A stretch of 64,000 bases of DNA from assembly GCA_040954595.2 (NCBI GenBank), contig CM082587.2:11537403-11601402 (forward strand). The letters are read 5' to 3'. This stretch comes from Balanoglossus misakiensis (Eukaryota > Animalia > Hemichordata). How positions within the stretch are numbered: the first letter of the stretch is position 1; each line of letters begins with the position of its first letter. The notes beneath the pieces were generated by a model. The model had not been told where the DNA came from and searched no databases. It saw nothing but the letters and a program-made list of their open reading frames with translations. This document shows positions 53,477 to 64,000 of the stretch, in pieces. The translations under genes and the position numbers were made by a program.

Positions 53477-56476
53477 CTAATCAAGTGATGAACCTTCATT
53501 TATAAATTTAGTGTGAAAAAAGTTACGTAGTTGTGACTTGAACTGTGACAGACTGTATATGCTTCTTATAGACAGGGGAATATTGTTCCAGATATTTGTT
53601 GCTCGATACATAAAAGACCTTTGCCCAGTTGCTGTTTTAAAAGTGGGCACATACAAATTAGCGTTGCTGACAGATCTAGTGGTAAAATTGTACATCTCAG
53701 AAACATAGGAAAATTCATTTAAATAATCAGGCGCCAGGCCATGTAGTATCTTGAAAGTTTGAACAGCAATGAAATACTCAATTCTAATATCAATGGGCAA
53801 CCAATGAAGAGTTGTCAGAAGAGAACGAGAAGGAAATGTAATGTCTACTCCTAAAATTACTCTGCCGGCTCTTTTCTGAAGTTTATAAATTCTCTGTAGA
53901 TTGGTTTTTGATGTGTTGCCCCAAACAGTGCAACAGTAATCAATTATAGAAAGGAAAATAGCATTATAAACCAACATAAGAGTATGCCTTGGGGTCAAAG
54001 GTCGCAATTTCCTCAGTACCCCAATCCGCATTGACAATTTTCTACTTAAGTTATCTATATGAGTATCCCATGTTAAAGCATTGTCAATCTCTATTCCAAG
54101 AAGTGTGTGAGAAGAAACACAAGAAATGCAAGTATTATTGATCCTAATATTGGGAGTGACACTGTGCTCGGACACATTATTAACCTTTGGGCGAGAGGCA
54201 ACAATCATCCATTTTGTCTTGGTGGTGTTAATTGACATGGCATTATTTGAAACCCATGTGGAAATTGGTAAAACGTCCTCTTGAAGTTTTGTACCAACCT
54301 CATTAATAGAGATGCCAGAGACACAAAGTGTTTGATCATCAGCAAACATATCAATGTTGCCCATGCTGAGACTCAAAGGTAAATCATTAATGAAAATTAA
54401 AAACAAAAGAGGTCCTAAAATGGAACCTTGTGGAACACCACAAACAACAGGTAAAGTCTTTGATTCCTCACCCATGTAACTGACAAATTGACATCTATTC
54501 GAGAGATATGAACGAAACCATTTTAAAGATACATCATTAACACCGTAAATGGACAATTTCCTTAAAAGAATATCATGATCGACCAAGTCAAAGGCCTTAC
54601 ATAAGTCAAGATACATTAGGCCATTGTACAGACCATTATCAATATTTCTTAAAAGTTGATCTGTAAGCTTCAGCAATGCGGTATTACATGAATGAAAGCG
54701 TCTGAAACCCGACTGCGAACTCATAATTAACTTATTATTCTGTAGATAAGTGTACAGACTGTTATAAACGTGTCTCTCAAGTATCTTTGATAAAGCAGGC
54801 AAGATTGATATGGGCCTGTAATTACTAATAACATGTTTCGGCCCGTTCTTATGTATGGGTACAACTCTGGCACATTTAAAGCAATCAGGGAAAGTACCAT
54901 TCGTTATTGACAAATTGAACATATTAGTAATGCGACCCGCTATACTATTTGCCCCGATTTTAAGAAGTTTGGGGGAGACATTGTCAAAACCATGAGATTT
55001 GGTAGCATCTAACGATGCTAGTTGCTCCATCACAAAATTAAATGGGATTTGGGGCAGCTGAAAAGAAGGTAAATTTGGGCTCATTTGTGAATTAACCCAC
55101 GTTTTCGTGATTGCCAAATCTGAGTGGCCAGGAAGACTTTGGCGGTACTCAACAACAATACTGGTGAAATAATCATTGAAGGCATCTGCAATGTCTTTGT
55201 GATTCGACAGTGTTCTGTTATTGGAAGTGATGCGAGGACTTTGCGAACAGGCGTTATCATTTGAAAGAATGTCATGTACAGTACGCCATACAACAGTTGG
55301 ATTACTGGAATTTGCAGAAAAAATACTTCTATAGTAGCGACGCTTCTCGGTGGTTATAAAGTGAACTACCTTATTTCTTAGTGTTCTATACATACTCCAG
55401 TCATCATGCGAGTTGGAACGCACGGCTTTATCGAGATGAATTAGCTCCAAAATCTCCGAAGAAAACCATGGTGGTTGTCGTAGCCGCTTCACCCTTCGAA
55501 CAACTCTTGGTGTATGCGTATTGCAGATGTCATTAAAAAAAGTTGCCCAGTCCATAAACGCAGTATTTACATCGTCTGTATGACAATAAGACTCAAAAGC
55601 AGAGTTTAAGTCATCGATAAAGCTGTTTGCATGAAAGTTTCGAAAATGCCTACTGGTAACATAAATATGTGAGCCCGTATTACAATTGTTGGCATGGTAA
55701 CGTCGTATAACACAAACAGGATAGTGGTCGGAAAGACCAACCTTAGGGATACAGGTTCTCGAAATGTTACTAGGACTATTTACATAAATGTGATCAAGCA
55801 AGGTTCCCGATATGGGGCGAGTTACAGTGGTGACGAGTTGACTAAAATTCATAGATTCCATACACTTATACAGATAGCTATTCCTCCCATTTGGACTCAG
55901 GAGGTTGAAGTTAAAATCACCCAATACAATCATTTCTTTGTTTTCTAAATAAACAGATTCGATAATACTCTCAATAACTTTGTCAACAGAAAGAGTTGAA
56001 CTAGGTGGTCTATAAATACCAATTACAAAGATTGGACGGGCGTAATTAATAGACAGTTCAATTATGATGACCTCGGTATTACAGTTTTCAAGATCATGCC
56101 TGCGTTTGAAGGTGAAATTCGAGTTAACATAAGCGAGAAGGCCACCACCAGGTCCAGTTGACCTGTCTTTTCTGCATGATTCGTACCCATTAATGATAAA
56201 ATCTGCATCACAATGAAGGTCACTGAGAAATGTTTCACTCAAAATAAGAACATCGAAAGGTTTAATGTTATTGTTCAATTTTAAGCGCAATTCATCAATC
56301 TTGTTGGTTAAATGTTGAATGTTCCAAAAACCAATACGTATACCTTTTGAAGTAGTGAGATCATGAAATGGGTGACTACTGGAGTTCGCAGTAGGATCAA
56401 CATGTGGTTTCGGTGAAGTTGATGTGATGTCACCATGAGTAGTAGTATTTTCGGCACACTCATCATGGCCGGCTTC
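53477..56476 (-). CDS. ORF2: APE-like endonuclease plus reverse transcriptase. The frame is open from 56476, with no ATG before the EN motifs (the ORF track starts at TTG 56290).
   Basis: GIRIGFWNIQHL, LSETFL, GGGL, IYRPP, GDFN, LDHIY, SDH; NYRPISILP, QSGFR, DLCKAFDLVDH, GVPQGSILGPLLF, FADD. Confidence 0.93.
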   Translation of the reverse strand, partial: EAGHDECAENTTTHGDITSTSPKPHVDPTANSSSHPFHDLTTSKGIRIGFWNIQHLTNKIDELRLKLNNNIKPFDVLILSETFLSDLHCDADFIINGYESCRKDRSTGPGGGLLAYVNSNFTFKRRHDLENCNTEVIIIELSINYARPIFVIGIYRPPSSTLSVDKVIESIIESVYLENKEMIVLGDFNFNLLSPNGRNSYLYKCMESMNFSQLVTTVTRPISGTLLDHIYVNSPSNISRTCIPKVGLSDHYPVCVIRRYHANNCNTGSHIYVTSRHFRNFHANSFIDDLNSAFESYCHTDDVNTAFMDWATFFNDICNTHTPRVVRRVKRLRQPPWFSSEILELIHLDKAVRSNSHDDWSMYRTLRNKVVHFITTEKRRYYRSIFSANSSNPTVVWRTVHDILSNDNACSQSPRITSNNRTLSNHKDIADAFNDYFTSIVVEYRQSLPGHSDLAITKTWVNSQMSPNLPSFQLPQIPFNFVMEQLASLDATKSHGFDNVSPKLLKIGANSIAGRITNMFNLSITNGTFPDCFKCARVVPIHKNGPKHVISNYRPISILPALSKILERHVYNSLYTYLQNNKLIMSSQSGFRRFHSCNTALLKLTDQLLRNIDNGLYNGLMYLDLCKAFDLVDHDILLRKLSIYGVNDVSLKWFRSYLSNRCQFVSYMGEESKTLPVVCGVPQGSILGPLLFLIFINDLPLSLSMGNIDMFADDQTLCVSGISINEVGTKLQEDVLPISTWVSNNAMSINTTKTKWMIVASRPKVNNVSEHSVTPNIRINNTCISCVSSHTLLGIEIDNALTWDTHIDNLSRKLSMRIGVLRKLRPLTPRHTLMLVYNAIFLSIIDYCCTVWGNTSKTNLQRIYKLQKRAGRVILGVDITFPSRSLLTTLHWLPIDIRIEYFIAVQTFKILHGLAPDYLNEFSYVSEMYNFTTRSVSNANLYVPTFKTATGQRSFMYRATNIWNNIPLSIRSIYSLSQFKSQLRNFFHTKFINEGSSLD

Positions 56477-58387
56477 TCAGGCGCGGGTACAGTTCTTTGA
56501 CTTGTGCCCTTGAGTGCCACATGACCAGCAAGTTACCGCTGCACCATGTCGACAAACACGACTCACGTGACCATCCTCTCCGCAGTTGAAACATTTGACA
56601 TTTGTTGCGGGTTGCGAGAAGTTACGCTGCGAGAACATACGACCGGCGTTTGGGTTTCTGTTGGTTACGACATGTTGTTCCGGTCTTCTGCTGAGAAAAG
56701 TGTTTTCGTATCTTTGCCGTTGAACTGCTGGCCCAGGGCGAGTAAACGATTGGTTATCCCATCTTCGACGTTGAAATTCGTCCGGGCGAGTAAACGATTG
56801 GTTATCCCATCTTCGACGTTGAAATTCGTCCGGGCGAGTAGACGATTGGTTATCCCATCTTCGACGTTGAAATTTGCCCGGTGTGAACAGTTGTTCGAGA
56901 CCAGCATTCGTCAACATAATACGAATGCCTTTGACACTTAGGTGAATGCCGTCTCGATAGAGTGTAGACGCATCAATTGTGTTATTACGGAATTTGAAGG
57001 TACCATCGTTGTCAATGAAATTGACGTTTTCCCGTTGGCACAGCAAAGCAAGCTCATTGTTAACTTCATCTATTTTTGGTTGAACATCAGTAGTGTCTGT
57101 CCGAGGCGGAATGCTGAGAACGATGACTCGATCATTTGACAAGGTTTTGGCGAGTTTTATCAAATCCAGGTAGCTTGCTATGATATCACCCGTTGGAATC
57201 ATCTTACTGATGTCATTTGTTCCTACTTGGAGATATATTTCCCTGTATTTGTCGTTGCATTTAGCAGACAGGTTAGCATGAATGTCATTAATCGTAGCAC
57301 CTGGAATAGCTTCCACTGTAGCATTGTGATTTACTGGGGATATGAAACGAAGTAACGAGTCCCCAACGAATAATGTTTGGTCTTGTGTACGCTGCTCTCT
57401 GACATGAGACTCATCTGTCTGGATCATATCATCACTAGTTTGTGTACCTAGAGATCTTACCTCCGGACGGTTACTTTGTTTAGTCAGTTCCGTATGTAGT
57501 CTCATTTTCAGGTCGGCATTTACGTCACGGAGCTTGAGAAGTTCCTCCTTTAATTCAGCGTTTTCTTTCGTAGCGGATGAGTATATATCCCGTAGGTATT
57601 CATTGGTGTCCTTAAATTCAGAAATTTGATTATTCAGTGCAGTGACGGAATGTGACAGACGTCTACAGTCATGGCATGGCCAGAAATAGCGGTTCAGTTC
57701 CTCATTTTCAACATTTATGCACTTTAGGTGAAACCAGCTATAACACAAGCTGCACCGAATCATTTCACCATTACCCGATCTATCAAGTTTGCAGTTTTCA
57801 GTACAGTAACATTCAGTGCCGGGTGATTTTTGTTGACGATTCTTTTCCGCTTGACGCTTTTTCTTTGACTTGCGTGGGGTTTTCTTACCAGCTTTTGGTG
57901 GTCGCTGGGTTGATTCAACATTGTCGGATTCCAGGGTAATATCAGACGAATCAACTTCGGAGTTGCTGTGACTAAAGCTTCTCACTAGCGACTTTATAGG
58001 AGAGGTAACCATGTCAATGACATAGTTGGCAGCAGGCGGTGACGATGGACGGCTTACCTCTGCCAGGCGCTGTTGGACACGGTTATTCAAGGCGTTTCCG
58101 ATGTAGTGGCATACCTTTTTAATGGGATCGGCTTCAACATTAGGTAGCAGGAGCGTCATTTCGGCATTTAACTCTTTGACAAGTGGCCATTTGCTGAATG
58201 ATTTCAGTTCTTGTGGAGACATGTCGTTTACTCGATCCAGGTACTTTGCTTTCATCTGTCGCTCAATGTCTAATGGAACTGTGGATTCACCGGTGACAGA
58301 TTTCCTTTGTGTTGCCATCTTGATTTGCAATGCAAATTTTTGGAAGACAATACAGTTATTTGGATGACAATACAAATTTCCCGCCAC
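56477..58387 (-). CDS. ORF1: PHD finger, coiled coil, SGNH/GDSL esterase, Arg-rich repeats and two CCHC zinc knuckles
   Basis: CYC..C..MIRCSLCYSWFHLKC..WPCHDC (PHD); FVGDSLL, VGTND, DGIHL (SGNH blocks); CFNCGEDGHVSRVC and CWSCGTQGHKSKNC. The exact start codon is uncertain. Confidence 0.9.
   Translation of the reverse strand: MAGNLYCHPNNCIVFQKFALQIKMATQRKSVTGESTVPLDIERQMKAKYLDRVNDMSPQELKSFSKWPLVKELNAEMTLLLPNVEADPIKKVCHYIGNALNNRVQQRLAEVSRPSSPPAANYVIDMVTSPIKSLVRSFSHSNSEVDSSDITLESDNVESTQRPPKAGKKTPRKSKKKRQAEKNRQQKSPGTECYCTENCKLDRSGNGEMIRCSLCYSWFHLKCINVENEELNRYFWPCHDCRRLSHSVTALNNQISEFKDTNEYLRDIYSSATKENAELKEELLKLRDVNADLKMRLHTELTKQSNRPEVRSLGTQTSDDMIQTDESHVREQRTQDQTLFVGDSLLRFISPVNHNATVEAIPGATINDIHANLSAKCNDKYREIYLQVGTNDISKMIPTGDIIASYLDLIKLAKTLSNDRVIVLSIPPRTDTTDVQPKIDEVNNELALLCQRENVNFIDNDGTFKFRNNTIDASTLYRDGIHLSVKGIRIMLTNAGLEQLFTPGKFQRRRWDNQSSTRPDEFQRRRWDNQSFTRPDEFQRRRWDNQSFTRPGPAVQRQRYENTFLSRRPEQHVVTNRNPNAGRMFSQRNFSQPATNVKCFNCGEDGHVSRVCRHGAAVTCWSCGTQGHKSKNCTRA
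56736..56874. repeat. Three 48-bp in-frame tandem repeats in ORF1 (FQRRRWDNQSxTRPDE)
   Basis: gggcgagtaaacgattggttatcccatcttcgacgttgaaatt at 56736, 56784 and 56832. Confidence 0.92.
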
Positions 58388-58666
58388 TCCAGAGAGATTG
58401 TACAGTGCAGTCCTTCAATACACATATGGTGAAGAAGAAAAACCGAATGGCGAAATCCAGATGAACAGTGCACACTTACATTTCAAACAAGGTTCTAGGT
58501 ATTAAGAACAGTTTCATGTTCCAGTCCTTGTGCCGTACAAGTCATAAGCATCAGATCTAAGGCAAAAAACTAGCAATTTTCAGGAGCCGTAATCACTAAG
58601 CTGCGACCAGTAAAACAGCGCCACCACCACATGACCTCGGTATTACAGTTTTCAAGATCATGCCTG

Positions 58667-61600
58667 GAAACGCCCTGGTTAAATTCGGGCTCTCTCTATA
58701 AATTGACAGGCAATAATGCAGTCCTACCCGAACAAATGTCGAGTGTTGACCCGCTGTGACTTTCCCTCTTCGTTTTCCCCGACTTAGCCAACGTCTTTGT
58801 ACCAGAGTGTCGGGTCTTTTGCAGAGCCAGGCCGAAGGAAATCCGACTTGATCACCGTTGCTAACGAACGCTAGTGTCTGTCATGGTGTGCCGGGGTTTT
58901 AGTCGAGCCAGGCCGTAGGAGATCTGACTTGATCATCGTGGTCAATATACGCGTGTTTCCGCTCTAAAGTGCCGGGGCTTCAGCTAAACCAGGCCGTAGG
59001 AAATCCGACGTAATCACCGTTGATAACTTACGCCAGTCTGTGTCATATAGAGCCGGTGCACCAGCCGAGTCACGCCATAGGAAATCTGACTTGATCAACG
59101 TGGTCAATGTACGCATGTTTCTGCTCTAGAGTGCCGGGGCTTCAGCTGAGCCAGGCCGTAGGAAACCCGACGTGATTACCGTTGTTAACTTACGCCAGTC
59201 TGTGTCCTATATATAGTGCCGGGGCATCAGCCGTGCCAGGCCGAAGGAAATGTGAGTAGATCAACGTGGTCTCTGAACGCGTGTTTCTGCTCTAGAGTGC
59301 CAGGGCTTTAGCCAAGCCATGCCGTAGGAAATCTGACTTGATCAACGTTGTCTTTTTTACAAAATAAATAAGAATAAATTCTTTTCTTAGTTTCAAACGG
59401 GTAGAGATACTTTCCACACGGGAGACCACGTTGATCTACTCACATTTCCTTCGGCCTGGCACGGCTGATGCCCCGGCACTATATATAGGACACAGACTTG
59501 ATCAACGTGGTCTCTGTACGCGTGTTTCTGCTCTAGAGTGCCGGGGCTTTATCCAAGCCATGCCGTAGAAAATCTGACTTGATCACCGTTGCTAACGTAC
59601 GCTAGTGTCTGTCATATTTTGACGGAGATTTAGCCGAGCCAGTCCGTAGAAAAATCGACTTGTTCAACGTTACCAGTGTGCAACTGTTTCTGCTCTAGAG
59701 TGTCAGGGTTTTAGCCGACTTATGCTGTAGGAAATCTGAGTTGATGAACGGGAATTCAATGTTAGAAAACCCGTGTGGAAAGTATCTCTACCCGTTTGAA
59801 ACTAAGAAAAGAATTTATTCTTATTTATTTTGTAAAAAAGACAATTTTTCGGAAAATGTCGAAAATGGTAATTTTGACTTGGGTGATTCAAATTATACCG
59901 CCTTTTCTGGAATTTGCAGCACTTTTTACAAGAGAACGACACTTCATGCTCCATAATATTTCCGAAAATGAAGGAAAGAGTTAATTTTTTAAGATTTTTT
60001 TAAAATTTACCATTTTTGTCAAAATATGGCCAAAATGGCTATTTTTTCTTGAATTCCGTCAATATCTCTGCATTTTTGGAGTGGTCGAAAGTTTTAACAT
60101 ACAATCAACATGTCATATATGATCAGGGCACCAAATTCGAAGAACAAAGGTTTTTTTATTTTTTTTCTAAAAATGACATTTTCAAGGAAAATTTGGTAAA
60201 ACGCAATTTGTCTGCAGTGAGCCAAATTAGACGGTCTTTTGTGGAATTTGTATCGATATATATAGATACGAAGAGCATTCTATACTCCATCAGATTTCCG
60301 AAAATGTAGAAAACAGGTATTTTTTGTAATTTTCAAAAATTTACCATTTTGACCAAATTGTGGCTAAAATTGTTATTTTCGTGTTGAATGCCGCCAGTGT
60401 CACTGCTTTTAAAAGTCAGAAAAACTTTTAACATACAAGCAATTGTTTATATATGATCAGGTCACCGAATTAAAAAATAAAGAATGTTTTGCCTAAAAAT
60501 GACCTTTTTGGTGCAAAAACGAATAAAACGCAATTTTGTATTAAATCAGCTCATTCAGAGTGCATTTTTATAATCAGCACCATTTTTACATATAATGGAA
60601 ATTTCATACATCATCAGATATCCAAATATGAAAAAATGATTTAGATTTTAGATGATTGTCCAAAATTAGCTGATATCTGATAAATGTAGCATTGAACCGT
60701 TCTGTTTCCCTCCCCCCCCCCCCCCTACATTACATGCGGTACGCCGATGTCAGCTTACCCGGCAGTACTGCAGGCCGTGCCCCCAACTAACGTCGGTGTT
60801 TGAAACGCCCTGGTTAAATTCGAGCTTTCTCTATAAATTGACAGGCAATAATGCAGTCCTACCCGAACAAATGTCGAGTGTTGACCCGCTGTGACTTTCC
60901 CTCTTCGGTTTGCCCGACTTAGCCAACGTCTTTGTACTAGAGTGTCAGGTCTTTTGCAGAGCCAGGCCGAAGGAAATCCGACTTGATCACCGTTGCTAAC
61001 GAACGCTAGTGTCTGTCATGGTGTGCCGGGGTTTTAGTCGAGCCAGGCCGTAGGAGATCTGACTTGATCATCGTGGTCAATGTACGCGTGTTTCCGCTCT
61101 AAAGTGCCGGGGCTTCAGCTAAACCAGGCCGTAGGAAATCCGACGTAATCACCGTTGATAACTTACGCCAGTCTGTGTCATATAGAGCCGGTGCACCAGC
61201 CGAGTCACGCCGTAGGAAATCTGACTTGATCAACGTGGTCAATGTACGCCTGTTTCTGCTCTAGAGTGCCGGGACTTCAGCTGAGCCAGGCCGTAGGAAA
61301 CCCGACGTGATTACCGTTGTTAACTTACGCCAGTCTGTGTCCTATATATAGTGCCGGGGCATCAGCCGTGCCAGGCCGAAGGAAATGTGAGTAGATCAAC
61401 GTGGTCTCTGTACGCGTGTTTCTGCTCTACAGTGCCAGGGCTTTAGCCAAGCCATGCCGTAGGAAATCTGACTTGATCAACGTTGCTAACGAACGCTAGT
61501 GTCTGTCATAGTGTGCCAGGGTTTCAGTCGAGCCAAGCCGTAGGAGATCAGACTTGATCAACGTGGTCTCTGTACGCGTGTTTCTGCTCTAGAGTGCCGG

Positions 61601-61732
61601 GGCTTTATCCAAGCCATGCCGTAGAAAATCTGACTTGATCACCGTTGCTAACATACGCTAGTGTCTGTCATATTGTGACGGAGATTTAGCCGAGCCAGGC
61701 CCTAGAAAAATCGACTTGTTCAACGTTACCAG
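58667..61732 (-). repeat. Macrosatellite, inverted orientation, containing a local two-segment inversion at 59348-59498
   Basis: Resumes at gaaacgccctggtt and runs to caacgttaccag. Confidence 0.94.
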
Positions 61733-62119
61733 TGTAGTAACCTCGATGTGCCGTCTCAAATGGCGCCCAAATTCACATCAAAGGCCACAGGGTTCTATAG
61801 TATTTGCCGTTAACTAACTGGAGCTCACCATCGCCGACGAACATTCCTTGTCAGATGTCACAGAAAACGCTGCTCGGAACTTTACACGAACATTTAATGC
61901 CTGAACATACAACACTGGCACAGGATGATGCGTCGCGGTGGTTGAAGTTTCCGTAGAAAACTGGCAAAAATCCCCAGGCTAACTGTGCAAAAGTCCTCAC
62001 ATGTGCGCCATGGAATTTTCCAGATATTTTCTAAACAAAAGCGCATGCGCTAATGTACTCACAGCGCGAGGGCGCTAGACTAAATATTTCAGTTTCTCTA
62101 AGAACTGGGCGTCCTTACA
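61733..62119 (-). repeat. 3' LTR of the second BEL/Pao element (~387 bp)
   Basis: The minus strand begins TGTAAGG right after the PPT and ends ...ACTACA at the satellite junction. Confidence 0.78.
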
Positions 62120-62587
62120 CCAGCCCCCAAATTGTTCATGAAAAAACATTAACAATTTCCATCCTAGCAAATTCAAAACGCCAACATCCATATGTGCCGA
62201 AATTACATATCAAATAGAAATTACAAAACAATATCTATAAATATCTCGAAACGCGAAGTCGAAAGTTTTTCAGGAAACGCGAATACAAGAATCCTTTTCT
62301 TCATGAATGTGATGATACATCCTAGACCATGCCCAGACCTCGTCCGGTCAATCATGCTGCCAAGCATGATATCCAACACATCTGTACTTCAAAGATGAGA
62401 TCAAACGCTGGACGTAGTGGATAGACTGGCCACTACTTGAGATCGTTGTTATTACAGCTGCTGGTAACTGCAACCATACCAATACCACTAAGTCTGTGCT
62501 TCCAGCAATGTGCACAACTTATCATATGGTCTTTCTAAAACACTGGATCTGGTCTTCACCAATACTCGTCTCACCACCCCTTTCCGA

Positions 62588-63982
62588 TCAGGCATAACTT
62601 TGACGATTACACCCAAGGCCACGCATTTGTGGAGGTGTTCTCATCCTTTTCCAATACAAATCTGACAGATACTGCACTTGCTTCCATCTGTGTACAGCAT
62701 ACAAGTCGTTCTTCTCCGTCACACCAGGGGGTGTTGCTGCTCCCTTCATAGTAAGCAACATACTGGGTGTCAATGCTTTTAAGTCTCTAACGTCGTCCGA
62801 CGATACTGTAATCTCATGCGGTCCATCTGTACGACGACTTTTGTTCTTGGCACATCTCAACAATGTGTCACCCACTTTACGTATCCAGGCCACTGCTTTC
62901 TTCAGTTTATACCAACTGGAGTAGTGGTCTATCATTTTCTGAACCGTCTCCTCCGCATTAACGGACATGGATCGATCCGCCCCTTTGTCAGGCGTCTGTC
63001 GTTCTCCCGAAACAACAGGTACTGTTCCCAACACAACGGGTACAGTTTCTTCTTCCGACCTCAAGGCTATTCTATGCACTAGTGCAGATTTCTTCACCTC
63101 TGGATCTTCTGGATCTAGCTGTGTATTGTAGCTATCACTTGGCCATTTGTCTTGTGTCTTCCGCAAGAAATCAGGACCACCTATCCATCTTTCGTTCTTC
63201 AGAAAAGCATCTATTTTCTGACCTCTAGAGCACTCATCTGCCGGGTTGTCACTGGTATTAATGTAGCGCCAGTTCGCTGGGTCTGATCCTCCTCGAATCA
63301 CTGCTAGTCTATTCGCCACGAAGGTATGAAATCTTGTGGTTTTGTTGTTTATGTACCGCAGCACGGTTTTGCTATCCGTCCAAAACACGGATTCATTGAT
63401 TGGCAAATCCACCTCATTTCTGAGAAGTTTGTCAAGCCTCACTGCTACAGTAGCTGCAGTTAATTCCATTCGTGGGATCGATATTTGCTTCAATGGAGCC
63501 ACTCTTGCTTTGGCCATCATCAAAGTGCTGTGGATGTTTCCGCTTTTGTCGATCAACCTAAGATATGATACAGCGCCATATCCATTTTCGCTGGCATCAG
63601 CAAAGTGATGTAGCTGAGCTGTGTCTACTTCACCAAAGTGCTCGGGCTTTATACATCTGGGTACTGCGAAACACTCTTCTAATTTCGGTAGATCCCTCAA
63701 CCAATTTTCCCACACTTTGCGTTGTTTTCCAGGAATATCATCATCCCAGCCTAGTTTTGCTTTACACAGCTGCTGCAAAAGCATCTTGGGTGGCAGAAGC
63801 GCTGGTGCTGCCATGCCCAGTGGGTCGTATAATGAACTAACCACTCCCAGAATTCCTCGTCTGGTCGCTGGTTTCTCTTTAGTACGATTTCTGAATCCGA
63901 ATTCGTCAGATTCCACGTTCCACTGCATACCGAGTGCATGCTCCATTGGCAAGTCATCTCGCTCCAAGTCTAAGTTCTTCAC
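62588..63982 (-). pseudogene. BEL/Pao pol remnant: RT end and RNase H (peptidase A17-like), integrase deleted, frameshifted DUF5641-type tail
   Basis: ALGMQWN, SLYDPLG, LHHFADASENGYG, SIPRMELTAA, FWTDS, FVANR, DNPADECSRG. It then jumps to LTPSMLL and RWKQVQYLSDLYWKR with no HHCC or DDE motifs. Confidence 0.87.
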
Positions 63983-64000
63983 CTCTATCGCCCTTTGTTC

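Larger units (their letters stand above)
53304..58630 (-). mobile_element. CR1-group (L2/Crack-like) non-LTR retrotransposon, apparently full length, no TSD
   Basis: (AAT)n tail at 53302-53326 preceded by AATAAA, two long ORFs and a ~240-bp 5' UTR. The host gtcggtgttt|gaaacgccc is split without duplication. Confidence 0.93.
61733..64000 (-). mobile_element. BEL/Pao LTR retrotransposon, 3' part, internally deleted; extends beyond the window
   Basis: 3' LTR TGTA...TACA, PPT-like GGGGGCTGG at 62120-62128 (minus), and a Pao RNase H/peptidase A17-type ORF. Confidence 0.9.

Overview
Eukaryotic, probably invertebrate animal, heterochromatin-like DNA with no host protein gene. The backbone is a ~2.05-kb macrosatellite. 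Each unit has an AT-rich block of degenerate ~165/330-bp repeats, a GC-richer block of alternating ~82-bp monomers (164-bp dimers) and a ~210-bp unique, hairpin-rich core with a G/C homopolymer. The array runs in one orientation over 1-19200, flips at a 6-bp microhomology junction and continues inverted to ~61730, with unit variants mirrored for ~9 kb on each side of the flip. The right part is more diverged and carries five insertions: (1) a 5'-truncated L1/Tx1-clade LINE with TSD; (2) a BEL/Pao 3' fragment; (3) a 9.7-kb nested stack of non-autonomous Helentron (HINE/DINE-1-like) elements; (4) an apparently full-length CR1/L2-group LINE whose ORF1 has PHD, SGNH esterase and two CCHC knuckles and is in frame with an AUG-less ORF2; (5) an internally deleted BEL/Pao element running off the window. 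The repeated 60-80 aa ORFs are satellite artefacts. The most speculative lead is that the unique core is an unannotated small-RNA gene or promoter, hit by both LINEs.
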